In this document: positions 9,127 through 19,799 of the stretch, one piece after another
Layout: every line of letters begins with the position of its first letter
How positions within the stretch are numbered: position 1 is the first letter of the stretch
Assembly: GCA_905235385.1 (NCBI GenBank)
Contig: CAJOLB010000004.1
Coordinates: 6,543-58,267 of the forward strand
Length of the DNA stretch: 51,725 bases
Source of the DNA: an uncultured Alphaproteobacteria bacterium
Lineage (GTDB): Bacteria > Pseudomonadota > Alphaproteobacteria > RF32 > CAG-239
Direction: 5' to 3'
Translations under genes and position numbers: made by a program
Notes under the pieces: generated by a model
Told to the model about the DNA's origin: nothing
The model's input: the letters and a program-made list of their open reading frames with translations, nothing else
Databases searched by the model: none

Positions 9127-9983
9127 GCTTGTCCGTTTGCTTCTAAAACCTTAACATACTGCATTGTAAAGTGATGCCCTAACTCATGGATAAGCGTTGA
9201 ACGGTTTGCTTTTTTGAACAAGTGTATAACCCTTGAAGCTGGCATATACGAACCAAGCGGATTGTTCTCGCCTTGCTTAAACGTCTGCTGATTTTTCTTG
9301 ACAACGTCAGATTTTTGTAGTATATTATCATTATAGCCTTGAGTTTGATTCCATTCACGCAATTGGAGCGTGGAAACTGCGGTCAAGTTTGAGGCGTTTT
9401 TTGTATCTTCATAAAGTATATGGCTTTTCATCAGCTGTTCAAATAGCTTTTCTTTACCATAAACACTTGGAATCACATTAAAATCTTTATTTTCAGGCTT
9501 TAGAATTGCTTCTACAATATTACCATTTTCATCAACAGCATCCAAAATAGCGACAAGACTTCCCTTTTCTGTGCGTGACTCCATAACAATCACAGGATCT
9601 GCCATAAGTTCAGGTAATCGTTCAAGCACTTTTTGAGAAACAACATGATAACCGGTATTTTTTGAAAGAACCTTTTGACGCATATTAACAGGTTTATTAT
9701 TAAAACCAACCGCCTGATATACTTCCGGTGTTTCAGAATAAACCGGAATCATTGTTTTAACACTCAATTCTTTTCGGAAAGCTCTATTTAAGAAACTCGA
9801 AAATCTTTGAACATCTTTAGCCAACGGCTTAAATAAATTCTTTACGCTGTCCGCCACACCGCTCTGATAATAAATATCCGGATTCTCTTTGCTAAACGTG
9901 CCTTCTTGAAAGAACGGTATATCTTCTTCAGCCTTGCGTTCCTGCTCTTGCGCCTCAAGCCGTGCGTTTTCTTCTTCGGTTAT
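9123..9983 (-). pseudogene. 5'-truncated remnant of a large phage/conjugative-element polyvalent-type protein
   Basis: The frame is open from the TGA at 9984-9986, with no ATG or RBS. The track start at 9857 is an internal GTG. The ORF begins immediately after the ferredoxin terminator. It ends 16 residues after an HELGH zincin motif, so the metallopeptidase domain is cut off. Confidence 0.5.
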
Positions 9984-9994
9984 TCAACATAACA

Positions 9995-10030
9995 AACAAA
10001 AAACCTCAAGCTTTGCTTGAGGTTTTTTAT
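9995..10030 (-). terminator. Rho-independent terminator after ferredoxin gene
   Basis: Stem aacctcaag / cttgaggtt, followed by a T-run on the minus strand. Confidence 0.7.
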
Positions 10031-10049
10031 TTTTGTTTTGTCTTCAAAA

Positions 10050-10289
10050 TTAGTCGTTAGCGTTCGGGCAAACTTTTGCTTGCTCTGCGTTGAACTTAAC
10101 AACTTCAGGATCAGCATCTGCATCATTTGCAATAGCTTCTTGCGGGCATTCAGAAATGCAAACACCGCAGTCAATGCAAACGTCCGGATTAACAACGAGT
10201 TGATTTTCTGCTTCGTGAAAAGCATCAACGGGGCAAACACTTGCACAAGCTTTACATTTAATACAGCTATCATTAACAACTGAAGGCAT
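10050..10289 (-). CDS. fdx: 2x[4Fe-4S] ferredoxin
   Basis: Two CxxCxxCxxxCP motifs (CIKCKACASVCP and CIDCGVCISECP). 79 aa. Confidence 0.9.
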   Translation of the reverse strand: MPSVVNDSCIKCKACASVCPVDAFHEAENQLVVNPDVCIDCGVCISECPQEAIANDADADPEVVKFNAEQAKVCPNAND

Positions 10290-10357
10290 CTAAAATCTCC
10301 TAAAAATGAATTGTTTTGAGATTTCTTTTTAAGCTCTTTTCTTTTAAAATGCAAGTC

Positions 10358-10786
10358 CTATTTTTTAAATTTTTGCAAGAATTGAAACTTATCGACTCCG
10401 TTAATTGTTCCAATCTTTTTATTTGCCATAATGTTTGGAAGCTCTATACATCTGAATGTGCTTCTTTCGTCCGCATTTTCAACAAATGCCGTTACATTTC
10501 CGCTTGCGAACTCAATAAAACGCTCTGACGCTGTTTTCCATATTTCTTTAATCTCATTTGTTGTAACCTCGTTTGTGCCCTGATATCCTTTTTTGCACAA
10601 AGCTTTCCCGCATGGTGTGTCATCAAGTGTTTTACATCCTTTGTGTGCTTTCACATAAGCGTATGCCTTATCTCTGTTTTCTTTCGTCGGCAAAAAGCTG
10701 ATGCTATAAACAACCGCACAATTCGGCTTCGTTGAAACATCAAATTCCTGAGCAATTTTCATGCCTTCTTTAAAATCAACAGTCAT
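10358..10786 (-). CDS. Hypothetical protein
   Basis: 142-aa ORF whose start abuts the stop of the upstream metallophosphoesterase gene. No family recognised. Confidence 0.45.
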   Translation of the reverse strand: MTVDFKEGMKIAQEFDVSTKPNCAVVYSISFLPTKENRDKAYAYVKAHKGCKTLDDTPCGKALCKKGYQGTNEVTTNEIKEIWKTASERFIEFASGNVTAFVENADERSTFRCIELPNIMANKKIGTINGVDKFQFLQKFKK

Positions 10787-11931
10787 TATTTTTTTGACGG
10801 CTCCGCATTTAAAACCGCAATATCAGGCCAAGCTAAAATGCGCATCGGCGGCCCCCAATACCCCGCACCGCGCGACACAAACAAATGAGAACCCTGAGTT
10901 TCATAAAGCCCTGCCAAATAGCCGTTGTTTGCTTTTTTGGTGATGTATTGAAACGGAAAGATTTGCCCGCCGTGCGTGTGCCCCGAAAATTGAATGTCAA
11001 ATATTTTTTTATCCAACATCTTAAAGCTCGTCGGAGAGTGTGAAAGCAAAATTTTATATGTATCTCCGGCGTCTTCAAACGTTCGCTTATAATTTGCTCT
11101 GTCTGTGCGCACATCCGGCACACCGCCGACATAAATGCCCGTTTCACCGATTTTTTCACCCGAATTATGCAACACTTCAAAACCGAGTTTATTAAACTCT
11201 ATCATCCACGCATAAGGCTTGTGATAATATTCGTGGTTACCAAGCGAAATATAAACCTTTTTAGCTTTGAGTTTGGAAAGCATCTGAAACTTTTTAAGCC
11301 CGCGCGCCGGATCGTCATCTACAATATCTCCCACAAGCAAAATATAATCCGGATTTTGCTTATTGATAACATCAATCATTTTTTGAATATGCCATTTGGG
11401 CGTTGAATTGTTGATATGAAAATCAGATGCCATCACAAACTTCATCGGCTCTTTGATGCGGCTGTCCGTGATGTTGATTTCTTTCACATCAGGGGTTTTA
11501 TGCGCCTCATATACCCCGTAAAACGCAATCAAAAGCGTTAAGCCTAAAGTGATGACATTTAAAAAATTGATATGCCGCGCATTGTCCGGATTTAAAGCAT
11601 CCGCCCTCGAAATAAAATAAATGATGTGCCATAAAATATCGCGCAACAGCAAAAGTATTGTTAAAATCAGCACAAAGCCCATCATAAAATAGCCGAGCTT
11701 ATAAACAATATCATAAAATGTGCCGTTCAAAAAATCCGGACCGTTTCTAAGCCATCTGAGCCACATCGGCGAAAACCATGATGCCGTTAAAACAAGCAAA
11801 ATCAAAATTTTCGAAAAGGCAGAAAGATCAGCATACCCCGTCAGCGTTTTGTATGTTACGGCAATGGAGGCAATAACAAAAATCATCATTCCTATAAAAA
11901 ATACCATTATTTTTTCCTTTTTTTCAGGCAT
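10786..11931 (-). CDS. Membrane-anchored metallophosphoesterase (calcineurin-like)
   Basis: N-terminal TM helices followed by the motifs DFH, GDIVD, GNHEY and GHTHGGQ. Confidence 0.85.
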   Translation of the reverse strand: MPEKKEKIMVFFIGMMIFVIASIAVTYKTLTGYADLSAFSKILILLVLTASWFSPMWLRWLRNGPDFLNGTFYDIVYKLGYFMMGFVLILTILLLLRDILWHIIYFISRADALNPDNARHINFLNVITLGLTLLIAFYGVYEAHKTPDVKEINITDSRIKEPMKFVMASDFHINNSTPKWHIQKMIDVINKQNPDYILLVGDIVDDDPARGLKKFQMLSKLKAKKVYISLGNHEYYHKPYAWMIEFNKLGFEVLHNSGEKIGETGIYVGGVPDVRTDRANYKRTFEDAGDTYKILLSHSPTSFKMLDKKIFDIQFSGHTHGGQIFPFQYITKKANNGYLAGLYETQGSHLFVSRGAGYWGPPMRILAWPDIAVLNAEPSKK

Positions 11932-11937
11932 TATATT

Positions 11938-12441
11938 TTATACGGCAGCTACGTTGTCTTCCGTTTTTATGGCTTTTCTCTTATAAACCCGCTTGGGCTT
12001 TTCTTCTTTAGATTGTTCCGTTATCGGCTCATTTTCTTTGACCTCAATCACCGTTAGTGTTTTCTTTTTTAACGACAACGGCTTTTGCGTAATCACTTCC
12101 GTGCTTTGATCAGCCTTTGTTTCTTCCACCTGTTGTGAACTTGTTTGTTCCGATACATCTTCAGTCGTTTCTTGAGATTTCGCCTGCACTTGAGGTTGGT
12201 TCGCATTTTTACGCTCGTTGATGTCTGTCACAATTTTGCGATAGTGTTCGGCATATTGGCGGAAAACTTCCATCTCAACATAGTTTCCGGCAGATGATGC
12301 TTCTTTTGCCAATTCATTATAGCGTTTAATCAAATCAAGCGCCGTTCCCGAAAATTTTCCTGCCGGACTGACACTGTCGAATCGATAATTAAGGTTATAC
12401 ATATTGTTGTTATTTGTGCGAAATTTATTGTTTTTTTTCAT
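11938..12441 (-). CDS. DUF4167-like protein
   Basis: N-terminal region GTALDLIKRYNELAKEA...YAEHYRKI followed by an acidic/lysine-rich tail, as in alphaproteobacterial DUF4167 proteins. Confidence 0.6.
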   Translation of the reverse strand: MKKNNKFRTNNNNMYNLNYRFDSVSPAGKFSGTALDLIKRYNELAKEASSAGNYVEMEVFRQYAEHYRKIVTDINERKNANQPQVQAKSQETTEDVSEQTSSQQVEETKADQSTEVITQKPLSLKKKTLTVIEVKENEPITEQSKEEKPKRVYKRKAIKTEDNVAAV

Positions 12442-12591
12442 ATTGTGTAAACACCCGAAAATGAAGCTTGACAGCTTCGGTTAAAATAAAAAATGCTTTT
12501 AAAAAACGGAAATAAGTTATGAGCTAAACTACAACTGCTCATATTATTTATGTCTTTATCATATTTCCTTTTTTTTAAATTGCAAGATATT

Positions 12592-13446
12592 TTATTTATT
12601 TTTTAATATTACAACTCGGTTGATTCCTGACAAATCTTTGACGGTCTGCTCATAAGCCCAGCCTTGCTTTAAAAATATCTCTTCAACATCTTGCGCCTGC
12701 CCTGCTCCGACCTCGAGCAAAATATATCCCCCTTTTTGCACAATCGGCTGACATATCTTTGCAATCTTTCGATAACATTCAAGCCCGTCTGCTCCGCCGT
12801 CTAAAGCAACAAACGGATCATAAAGTCTTACCTCGCGATCTAACGTTTTTATTTCTTCCGTTTTGATATACGGCGGGTTTGATACAATAATATCAACCTT
12901 TTTATCAAAACAATCTTTAAAATCGTTATCGTTCCAATCTTTTTGAATAAAGCGACATCTTTGTTCAAGTTCTAAATGTTCGGCATTTTCCTGTGCAATT
13001 TTTAAAGCCTCAATTGAAATATCTATTCCAATACCCGTTGTATCTTTTGTTTCTTTCAAAACCGAGAGCAACACACAACCCGAACCGACTCCCAATTCCA
13101 AAATCGTATCTTCGGTTTTTGTCTTCTTAATTGTTTCCTCAACCAAAATTTCCGTATCCGGACGGGGCGACAAAACATTTTCGGAAACCTTAAAATCATA
13201 TTTGTAAAAACTTTTTTGACCTAAAATTTTATCAAGCGGCATTCCGCAAAGCCTTTTGTTGATACACTCTTCCAGCTTTTCTTTTTGTTGGCTTGATATA
13301 TCTCTTATCAGCGGAGCATCATTCGGATTAATTTTTAATACAAACCCGATTAACAATCTTGCCTCCAAGCGCGGCGATTCAATACCACCTTCGGCCATTT
13401 TTTTTATCGTATCTTCATATATATTGTTTTGCATCTTAAGCCGCAA
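12592..13446 (-). CDS. prmC: Peptide chain release factor N5-glutamine methyltransferase PrmC/HemK
   Basis: SAM-binding motif LELGVGSG and catalytic NPPY. Confidence 0.88.
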   Translation of the reverse strand: MRLKMQNNIYEDTIKKMAEGGIESPRLEARLLIGFVLKINPNDAPLIRDISSQQKEKLEECINKRLCGMPLDKILGQKSFYKYDFKVSENVLSPRPDTEILVEETIKKTKTEDTILELGVGSGCVLLSVLKETKDTTGIGIDISIEALKIAQENAEHLELEQRCRFIQKDWNDNDFKDCFDKKVDIIVSNPPYIKTEEIKTLDREVRLYDPFVALDGGADGLECYRKIAKICQPIVQKGGYILLEVGAGQAQDVEEIFLKQGWAYEQTVKDLSGINRVVILKNK

Positions 13447-14335
13447 CTTTTGCTTTAACCGAAGCCGTTAATTTTTCAAGCGCACGCTTTTCTATTTGGC
13501 GAACACGCTCGCGGCTGATATCAAACTTTGCACCGATTTCATCAAGTGTTAAAGGACTTTCGGTCAAAACATGATTCTTTATCACAAACTGTTCTCTTTC
13601 ACTCAGCTCTCCCAAGCATTCCAGCAAAATTTTTCGGCGCATTAAAGCTTCTTCTTTATTTGCTAATTTTCCTTCTATATTTTCTCTTGCGTCTGAAAGC
13701 ATATCGATTTGTTCTTTAGGCTCATCGTCCGTATCTCCGTAAATCGGCGTGTTCAGCGACTTATCTCCACCGATGCGCCTGTTCATATCAACAACTTCTT
13801 TTTCATCGACGACAAGTTCATGAGCTATTTGTTTAACTTCTTTAGGTTCCAATTCCCTGTTTTCATAAACACCCAATTTTGCTTTCAGACGTCCTAAATT
13901 GTAAAACAATTTTTTTTGCGCCGCAACCGTTCCTATTTTAACCAATGACCACGAACGCAATATATAATCGTGTATGGCGGCTTTTATCCACCATAGCGCA
14001 TATGTCGCCAAACGAACTTTTTTATCCGGATCAAATTTTTTAACCGCTTGCATCAAGCCTAAGTTCGCTTCCGATATCATATCCTGCATCGGCAACCCGT
14101 AACGACGATATGTCAGGGCTATTTTAGCCGCCAGCCTTAAGTGAGACGTAATTAATTTTTGCGCCGCTTCCAAATTTCCGTTTTTCACAAAATCATTGAC
14201 CAAAGCGTTCTCTTCTTCTTCCGTTAAAACCGGAAACTTTTTGATTTGTTCCAAATAAGAAGCCAAGCCGTTATCTTCAACGATAACGGGTAAATTCTTT
14301 TGTGTATTGACAACGACCAGACTTTTATTGCTCAT
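13436..14335 (-). CDS. rpoH: RNA polymerase sigma-32 factor RpoH
   Basis: Sigma-70 family regions 2-4 plus an RpoH-box-like segment AQKKLFYNLGRLK. Its 3' end overlaps prmC by 11 nt. Confidence 0.9.
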   Translation of the reverse strand: MSNKSLVVVNTQKNLPVIVEDNGLASYLEQIKKFPVLTEEEENALVNDFVKNGNLEAAQKLITSHLRLAAKIALTYRRYGLPMQDMISEANLGLMQAVKKFDPDKKVRLATYALWWIKAAIHDYILRSWSLVKIGTVAAQKKLFYNLGRLKAKLGVYENRELEPKEVKQIAHELVVDEKEVVDMNRRIGGDKSLNTPIYGDTDDEPKEQIDMLSDARENIEGKLANKEEALMRRKILLECLGELSEREQFVIKNHVLTESPLTLDEIGAKFDISRERVRQIEKRALEKLTASVKAKVAA

Positions 14336-14348
14336 TTACTTTCTGCTT

Positions 14349-14822
14349 TCAGGGATAAATAAATGAAATTTGTTCATAATCATTGATTTTCGGATTCAAA
14401 TTAATGATATGCCCCTTATAATTGTCAAAATAAGGATAAGCCAAAACATAAACAGGTTTTTTTATCTTTCCCGTTTGTTTGCATAAAACAATGTCTTTTT
14501 CATTAATCTGTTTGTTGATTTTGACCATAATCAGAGCATTTGCCGTATCATAATCCGTTTTAGGATCGAAGTCCGTTGCCAAAACTTCCTCAAAGCCCTT
14601 TATTTGTTTTGTGCGCAAAAACTTCTGACGCATTTGTTTGGCGGATTTAACATCAATTTGATCCTGATAAGATGCAATTGTTTCCATAACCTTATCCACA
14701 AAAGCCTTATCATCACATTGCGGTCTTTGAACAATGCTTAAATCCGATGTTTCGGACATATCCTCCGCCAAGCAAGGGCTTGCAACCATCATTATTAAAA
14801 AAAGAGCCAAACCTGTTTTCAT
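14349..14822 (-). CDS. Hypothetical secreted protein
   Basis: N-terminal signal peptide MKTGLALFLIMMVASPCLA. No family recognised. Confidence 0.5.
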   Translation of the reverse strand: MKTGLALFLIMMVASPCLAEDMSETSDLSIVQRPQCDDKAFVDKVMETIASYQDQIDVKSAKQMRQKFLRTKQIKGFEEVLATDFDPKTDYDTANALIMVKINKQINEKDIVLCKQTGKIKKPVYVLAYPYFDNYKGHIINLNPKINDYEQISFIYP

Positions 14823-14830
14823 TTTTTTCC

Positions 14831-16219
14831 TTAAAAACTGACTGATTTCGGTGTTCTCGGGAACGGAATAACATCTCTGATATTTGTGATACCCGTCACA
14901 AGCATCATCATGCGCTCAAAACCTAACCCAAAGCCTGCGTGCGGAACCGAACCGTATTTGCGCGAATCGAGATACCATTCATAATCCTGCTCTCTCATGC
15001 CAAGCTCCTTAATTCTCGAAACAAGCACATCATAACGCTCTTCACGCTGAGAGCCGCCGATTAATTCCCCAATTCTCGGAACCAAAACATCCATCGCCGC
15101 AACCGTTTTTCCATCATCATTCAAACGCATATAAAATGCCTTAATTTCTTTCGGATAGTTATACACGATCACCGGCTTTTTAAAATATTCTTCTGCCAAA
15201 AAGCGCTCATGCTCCGTTTGCATATCAATGCCGTATTCAGGTGTGTATTCAAATTTTTTGCCTGATTTTTTCATCAGCTCGATTGCTTCTGTGTAGCTTA
15301 CGCGTGCGAAGTTGTTGTGGGCGATATTTTCAAGGGTTTGTTTTAAGGTCGGATCAACGAACTTTTCAAACAGCTCCAAATCAGATGCGCAATGTTCCAT
15401 AATGTGTTTAACACAATATCTTACCATATCTTCGGCAACGTCCATATCATCATGAAGATCAGCAAACGCCATCTCGGGTTCAATCATCCAAAATTCGGCG
15501 GCATGGCGCGGTGTATTTGAATTTTCGGCTCTGAATGTCGGTCCGAATGTATAGATATCGCCCAAAGCGCAAGCATACATTTCACCGTTTAACTGTCCCG
15601 AAACAGTCAAATGAGCCTCTTTTCCGAAAAAGTCTTCCCCATAATTTACTTTTCCGTCTTTGGTTTTTTGCAAGTTATTCATATCAAGTGTTGTTACCTG
15701 AAACATTTCTCCTGCCCCTTCACAGTCCGAACCGGTGATAATCGGTGTGTGGACATATTTAAAACCTCTGTCGTGGAAAAAGTGATGAATGGCATATGAA
15801 AGTTCCGAGCGAATCCTAAAAGCCGCACCATATTTATTTGTGCGCGGTCTTAAATGTGCGATTGTGCGTAAATATTCATCCGTCATTTTTTTCTTTTGAA
15901 GCGGGTAATCATCAGGGGCTATACCGTATATTTCTATCTTTTCGGCTTGAATTTCATATTTTTGACTTCCACCCTGCGACTCGACCAAAGATCCCTCTAC
16001 GGCAACAGACGAGCCTGTGGATAATTTTTTTATTTCTTCGTAATTGTTTAAGCTATTTTTTGCGATAACTTGCATATTTTTCAAACAAGAACCGTCATTT
16101 ACTTCAACAAATGAAAAATCTTTTGAATCACGACGCGTTTTCACCCATCCTTTGATCAAAACCTTATCTTTTGTTGTGGTTGAGCTCAATAAATCTTCGA
16201 TTTTTGAACGTTTTAACAT
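14831..16219 (-). CDS. asnS: Asparagine--tRNA ligase
   Basis: Class IIb aaRS with the characteristic segment [21 protein letters not shown]. 462 aa. Confidence 0.95.
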   Translation of the reverse strand: MLKRSKIEDLLSSTTTKDKVLIKGWVKTRRDSKDFSFVEVNDGSCLKNMQVIAKNSLNNYEEIKKLSTGSSVAVEGSLVESQGGSQKYEIQAEKIEIYGIAPDDYPLQKKKMTDEYLRTIAHLRPRTNKYGAAFRIRSELSYAIHHFFHDRGFKYVHTPIITGSDCEGAGEMFQVTTLDMNNLQKTKDGKVNYGEDFFGKEAHLTVSGQLNGEMYACALGDIYTFGPTFRAENSNTPRHAAEFWMIEPEMAFADLHDDMDVAEDMVRYCVKHIMEHCASDLELFEKFVDPTLKQTLENIAHNNFARVSYTEAIELMKKSGKKFEYTPEYGIDMQTEHERFLAEEYFKKPVIVYNYPKEIKAFYMRLNDDGKTVAAMDVLVPRIGELIGGSQREERYDVLVSRIKELGMREQDYEWYLDSRKYGSVPHAGFGLGFERMMMLVTGITNIRDVIPFPRTPKSVSF

Positions 16220-16365
16220 AGCTTACATATCCTTTTTCTTTATGTCATTTTTTAAAACTTTATGCACTATACATCAACAAAGTTTGAAAGTCTAGCGTTG
16301 ACAATAAAAAATTTTTTATATATTATAAGTTATCTTTTTTGATTATTCAGTTAGGAGTTTTATCT

Positions 16366-16812
16366 ATGAACAAAAATCTTGTATTGTTAAGTCTTGTTTC
16401 ATTTTTGGCCGCCTGTCAGGCTGATATAGGTTCAAATCAATACGGCACAAGTTCTGTCGGAAGAGCAGCTGCCGCAAGTCCTTGTTCTGTTATCAGTGTT
16501 CGTCAGGTCAGCGTTAAATCCGACAACAATGCCGGTATGCTTGCCGGTGCTTTGGCCGGCGGTGTCGGCGGCTATGCCATCGGCAGCGGTAAAACGGCAC
16601 ATAATTTAGGCGCTGTCGGCGGAGCGCTTTTGGGCGGTTATGCCGGCGATAAAGCACAAGGTGTCTTATCTTCTCAATCGGGTTATGAATATGTCGTTCG
16701 TTTGGATAACGGGCAGGTTATGACCTTAACTCAAGGCACGGACGTTTTGCTCTCTCCCGGTCAAAGATGTATGATTTTGCTCGGTAATCCGTCGCGTTTA
16801 ATCGGTTACTAA
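16366..16812 (+). CDS. Glycine-zipper outer-membrane lipoprotein (SlyB/Pcp-like)
   Basis: Lipobox LAAC after a signal peptide, then Gly-zipper runs (GALAGGVGGYAIGSG, GAVGGALLGGYAG). Start set to ATG 16366, which has an aggag RBS. Confidence 0.75.
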   Translation: MNKNLVLLSLVSFLAACQADIGSNQYGTSSVGRAAAASPCSVISVRQVSVKSDNNAGMLAGALAGGVGGYAIGSGKTAHNLGAVGGALLGGYAGDKAQGVLSSQSGYEYVVRLDNGQVMTLTQGTDVLLSPGQRCMILLGNPSRLIGY

Positions 16813-16834
16813 TTTATTTCGTTTTTTATTATAG

Positions 16835-16863
16835 CCCCACCATCAAGGTGGGGTTCATTTTTT
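16835..16863 (+). terminator. Rho-independent terminator
   Basis: Stem ccccacc / ggtgggg followed by a T-rich tail. Confidence 0.7.
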
Positions 16864-17024
16864 ATCCTAAATCTTTCATTTTTTACTTGAAGAATCAAAT
16901 TTATCAGTATAAATTAGCGCCAACTTGAAAAAGTTTTTATTTAATTTTGGCCTTAATACCGCCTTTTTGACGGTGTTTTGGGCTGTGTGTTTAACTAACT
17001 TGCTACAAAGGAGCAATAATAACC

Positions 17025-19679
17025 ATGAGTAAATGGGTTTATAAATTTGGTAATGGCAGCGCTGAAGGCGACGCTTCCATGAGAAATCTTTTGGGCGGTA
17101 AGGGTGCAAACTTGGCTGAAATGAACAAAGTCGGCCTTCCCGTTCCTCCCGGATTTACCGTTACGACAGAAGTCTGCACATACTACTATGCAAACAACAA
17201 CACATATCCGTCTGATTTAAAAGATCAGGTTCGTGAAGCTGTTAAGGGTGTTGAAAACATTATGGGCAAAAAGTTCGCTGATGAACAAAATCCGCTTTTG
17301 TTCTCAGTTCGTTCAGGCGCCCGTGTTTCAATGCCCGGTATGATGGACACGGTTTTGAACCTCGGTTTGAATGATGAAACGGTTAAAGCTTTGGCAAAAG
17401 CATCAGGATCAGAAAGATTTGCTTACGACTCTTATCGTCGTTTCCTTCAAATGTTCTCAGATGTTGTTTTGGGTGCAGACTTAGATTTGTACGAAGAAGC
17501 ATTAGAGAATATGAAAAAGGCTCATGGCTATAAATCTGACACAGACTTGACAGCTGATGATTTGAAAGAACTCGTTGCTCAATATAAAGCAATCGGTCAA
17601 AAAATCGGCAAGGTCGTTCCTCAAGATCCTTGGGAACAACTTTGGGCAGGTATTGGTGCCGTGTTTGGTTCTTGGATGTCTCAACGCGCCATCACATACC
17701 GTAAATTAAACAACATCCCCGGTGACTGGGGCACAGCCGTTAACGTTCAAACAATGGTCTTCGGTAATGCCGGTGATGATTGCGCAACAGGTGTTTGCTT
17801 CTCTCGTGACCCTGCAACAGGTGAAAACAGATATTATGGTGAATACCTTGTTAATGCTCAAGGTGAAGACGTTGTTGCCGGTATCCGCACACCTCAACCG
17901 ATGGGCTCAATCGGCGACGGCACATCTTTGGAAGAAAGATGGCCTCACCTTTATAAAGAGCTTGTTGATGCTCGTAACAATCTTGAAGCTCACTACAAAG
18001 ACATGCAAGATATGGAATTCACCATTGAACACGGCAAACTTTGGATGCTCCAATGCCGTAACGGTAAGAGAACAGCAGCCGCTGCCGTTCGTATGGCTGT
18101 TGAAATGGTTGAAGAAGGATTGCTCAATCATGAAGAAGCCATCATGCGTGTCGGTGCTGATCAATTAGACCAATTGTTGCACCCGATGCTTGATCCGAAA
18201 GCCAAGAAAAACGTTATTGCAACAGGCTTGCCTGCATCTCCCGGTGCCGCTGTCGGTCGTGCCGTATTCAGTGCAGAAGATGCTGAAGCATGGGCTGCCA
18301 AAGGCGAAAAAGTTATCTTGATCCGCAATGAAACATCTCCTGAAGACATCGGCGGTATGCACGCATCTCAAGGCGTGATTACAGCTCGTGGCGGTATGAC
18401 ATCTCACGCAGCCGTTGTTGCTCGCGGTATGGGCACACCTTGCGTTTCCGGTTCTACAGACATCACCATTGATGTTAAAGCTAAAACAATGAACACGAAA
18501 GCCGGCGTTTTGATTAAAGAAGGCGATTGGGTATCTTTAGATGGTGCCAAAGGTCAAATCATTGAAGGTCAAATCCCGACCGTTCAAGCTGACACAAATT
18601 CAGGCAACTTCGGTAAACTCATGGGTTGGGTTGATCAAATCCGCCGCTTGAAAGTTCGCGCAAATGCCGAAACACCGAAAGATGCCGCACAGGCTTTGGC
18701 ATTCGGTGCTGAAGGTATCGGCTTGGCCAGAACGGAACACATGTTCTTTGATGCAAACAGAATTGCTGATATGCGTGCCATGATTTTGGCTGACAACGAA
18801 AAAGGTCGAAGAGAGGCTTTGGCTCGCTTGCTCCCATATCAAAAGCAAGACTTCAAAGATTTGTTCAAAATCATGAACGGCTTACCGGTTACAATCCGCT
18901 TGCTCGATCCTCCGCTTCACGAATTTTTGCCTCACACAGATCCTGAAATGCAAGAACTTGCTGATAAATTAGGCAAAACTTTGGCTGAAGTGAAAGCTCG
19001 TTCAAATGCTTTGCACGAATTAAACCCGATGCTCGGTCACCGTGGTTGCCGTTTGCCGATCACATATCCTGAAATTGCCGAGATGCAAGCTCGTGCTATT
19101 TTGGAAGCTGCTATCGAATCAGAACAGGAAGGCATTAAAGTTATTCCTGAAATCGAAGTTCCTTTGACAGGTTCTAAGAAAGAATTGGATATTGTTAAGG
19201 CCTTGATTGATACAACGGCTGAAAAAGTCTTTGCTGAAAAAGGCAAGAAGATTGATTACATCGTTGGAACGATGATTGAATTGCCTCGTGCTGCTTTGAT
19301 GGCTGAAGAGCTCGCTCAAAGCGCTGCTTTCTTTGGCTTCGGCACAAACGACTTAACACAAACAACACTCGGTATGAGCCGTGATGACACAGGCGCCATT
19401 TTGGAAGAATACCGCGCACGTGGTGTTTATGTCGCTGATCCGTTTGCATCTATTGATGTTGAAGGCGTCGGTAAACTTGTCAGACGCGCTTGCGTTGAGG
19501 GCAGAAAGGTTAACCCTGATATTCACCTCGGCGTTTGCGGCGAACATGGTGGCGATCCGAAATCAATCGAATTCTTTGAAGAAGTCGGTTTAGATTATGT
19601 TTCTTGCTCACCATTCCGCGTGCCTGTCGCTCGTTTGGCAGCTGCTCAAGCCGCTGTTAAGGCAAAAGCAAAGAAATAA
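17025..19679 (+). CDS. ppdK: Pyruvate, phosphate dikinase
   Basis: 884 aa. ATP-grasp N-terminus, phosphohistidine segment GGMTSHAAVVARGMG, and a PEP-utilising C-terminal TIM-barrel domain. Confidence 0.97.
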   Translation: MSKWVYKFGNGSAEGDASMRNLLGGKGANLAEMNKVGLPVPPGFTVTTEVCTYYYANNNTYPSDLKDQVREAVKGVENIMGKKFADEQNPLLFSVRSGARVSMPGMMDTVLNLGLNDETVKALAKASGSERFAYDSYRRFLQMFSDVVLGADLDLYEEALENMKKAHGYKSDTDLTADDLKELVAQYKAIGQKIGKVVPQDPWEQLWAGIGAVFGSWMSQRAITYRKLNNIPGDWGTAVNVQTMVFGNAGDDCATGVCFSRDPATGENRYYGEYLVNAQGEDVVAGIRTPQPMGSIGDGTSLEERWPHLYKELVDARNNLEAHYKDMQDMEFTIEHGKLWMLQCRNGKRTAAAAVRMAVEMVEEGLLNHEEAIMRVGADQLDQLLHPMLDPKAKKNVIATGLPASPGAAVGRAVFSAEDAEAWAAKGEKVILIRNETSPEDIGGMHASQGVITARGGMTSHAAVVARGMGTPCVSGSTDITIDVKAKTMNTKAGVLIKEGDWVSLDGAKGQIIEGQIPTVQADTNSGNFGKLMGWVDQIRRLKVRANAETPKDAAQALAFGAEGIGLARTEHMFFDANRIADMRAMILADNEKGRREALARLLPYQKQDFKDLFKIMNGLPVTIRLLDPPLHEFLPHTDPEMQELADKLGKTLAEVKARSNALHELNPMLGHRGCRLPITYPEIAEMQARAILEAAIESEQEGIKVIPEIEVPLTGSKKELDIVKALIDTTAEKVFAEKGKKIDYIVGTMIELPRAALMAEELAQSAAFFGFGTNDLTQTTLGMSRDDTGAILEEYRARGVYVADPFASIDVEGVGKLVRRACVEGRKVNPDIHLGVCGEHGGDPKSIEFFEEVGLDYVSCSPFRVPVARLAAAQAAVKAKAKK

Positions 19680-19695
19680 TCTTTCGCTAAAAAAG

Positions 19696-19729
19696 AAAAC
19701 CCCGCTATTTCATGCGGGGTTTTCTTTTA
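19696..19729 (+). terminator. Rho-independent terminator after ppdK
   Basis: Stem ccccgc / gcgggg with an 8-nt loop, followed by a T-run. Confidence 0.8.
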
Positions 19730-19799
19730 TTTAATCATCACATACATCAAACATCTCTTTTCCGCGCAAAAACGACAAGCATCATCAAATTTTTAAACC

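Noticed and set aside
17383-19593. Numerous 60-150-aa ORFs on both strands inside ppdK (for example 17722-18168 +, 18165-18407 -, 19195-19449 -).
   Set aside because: These are shadow ORFs within a confidently identified 884-aa gene. They have no RBS and odd composition (Cys/Arg/His-rich).
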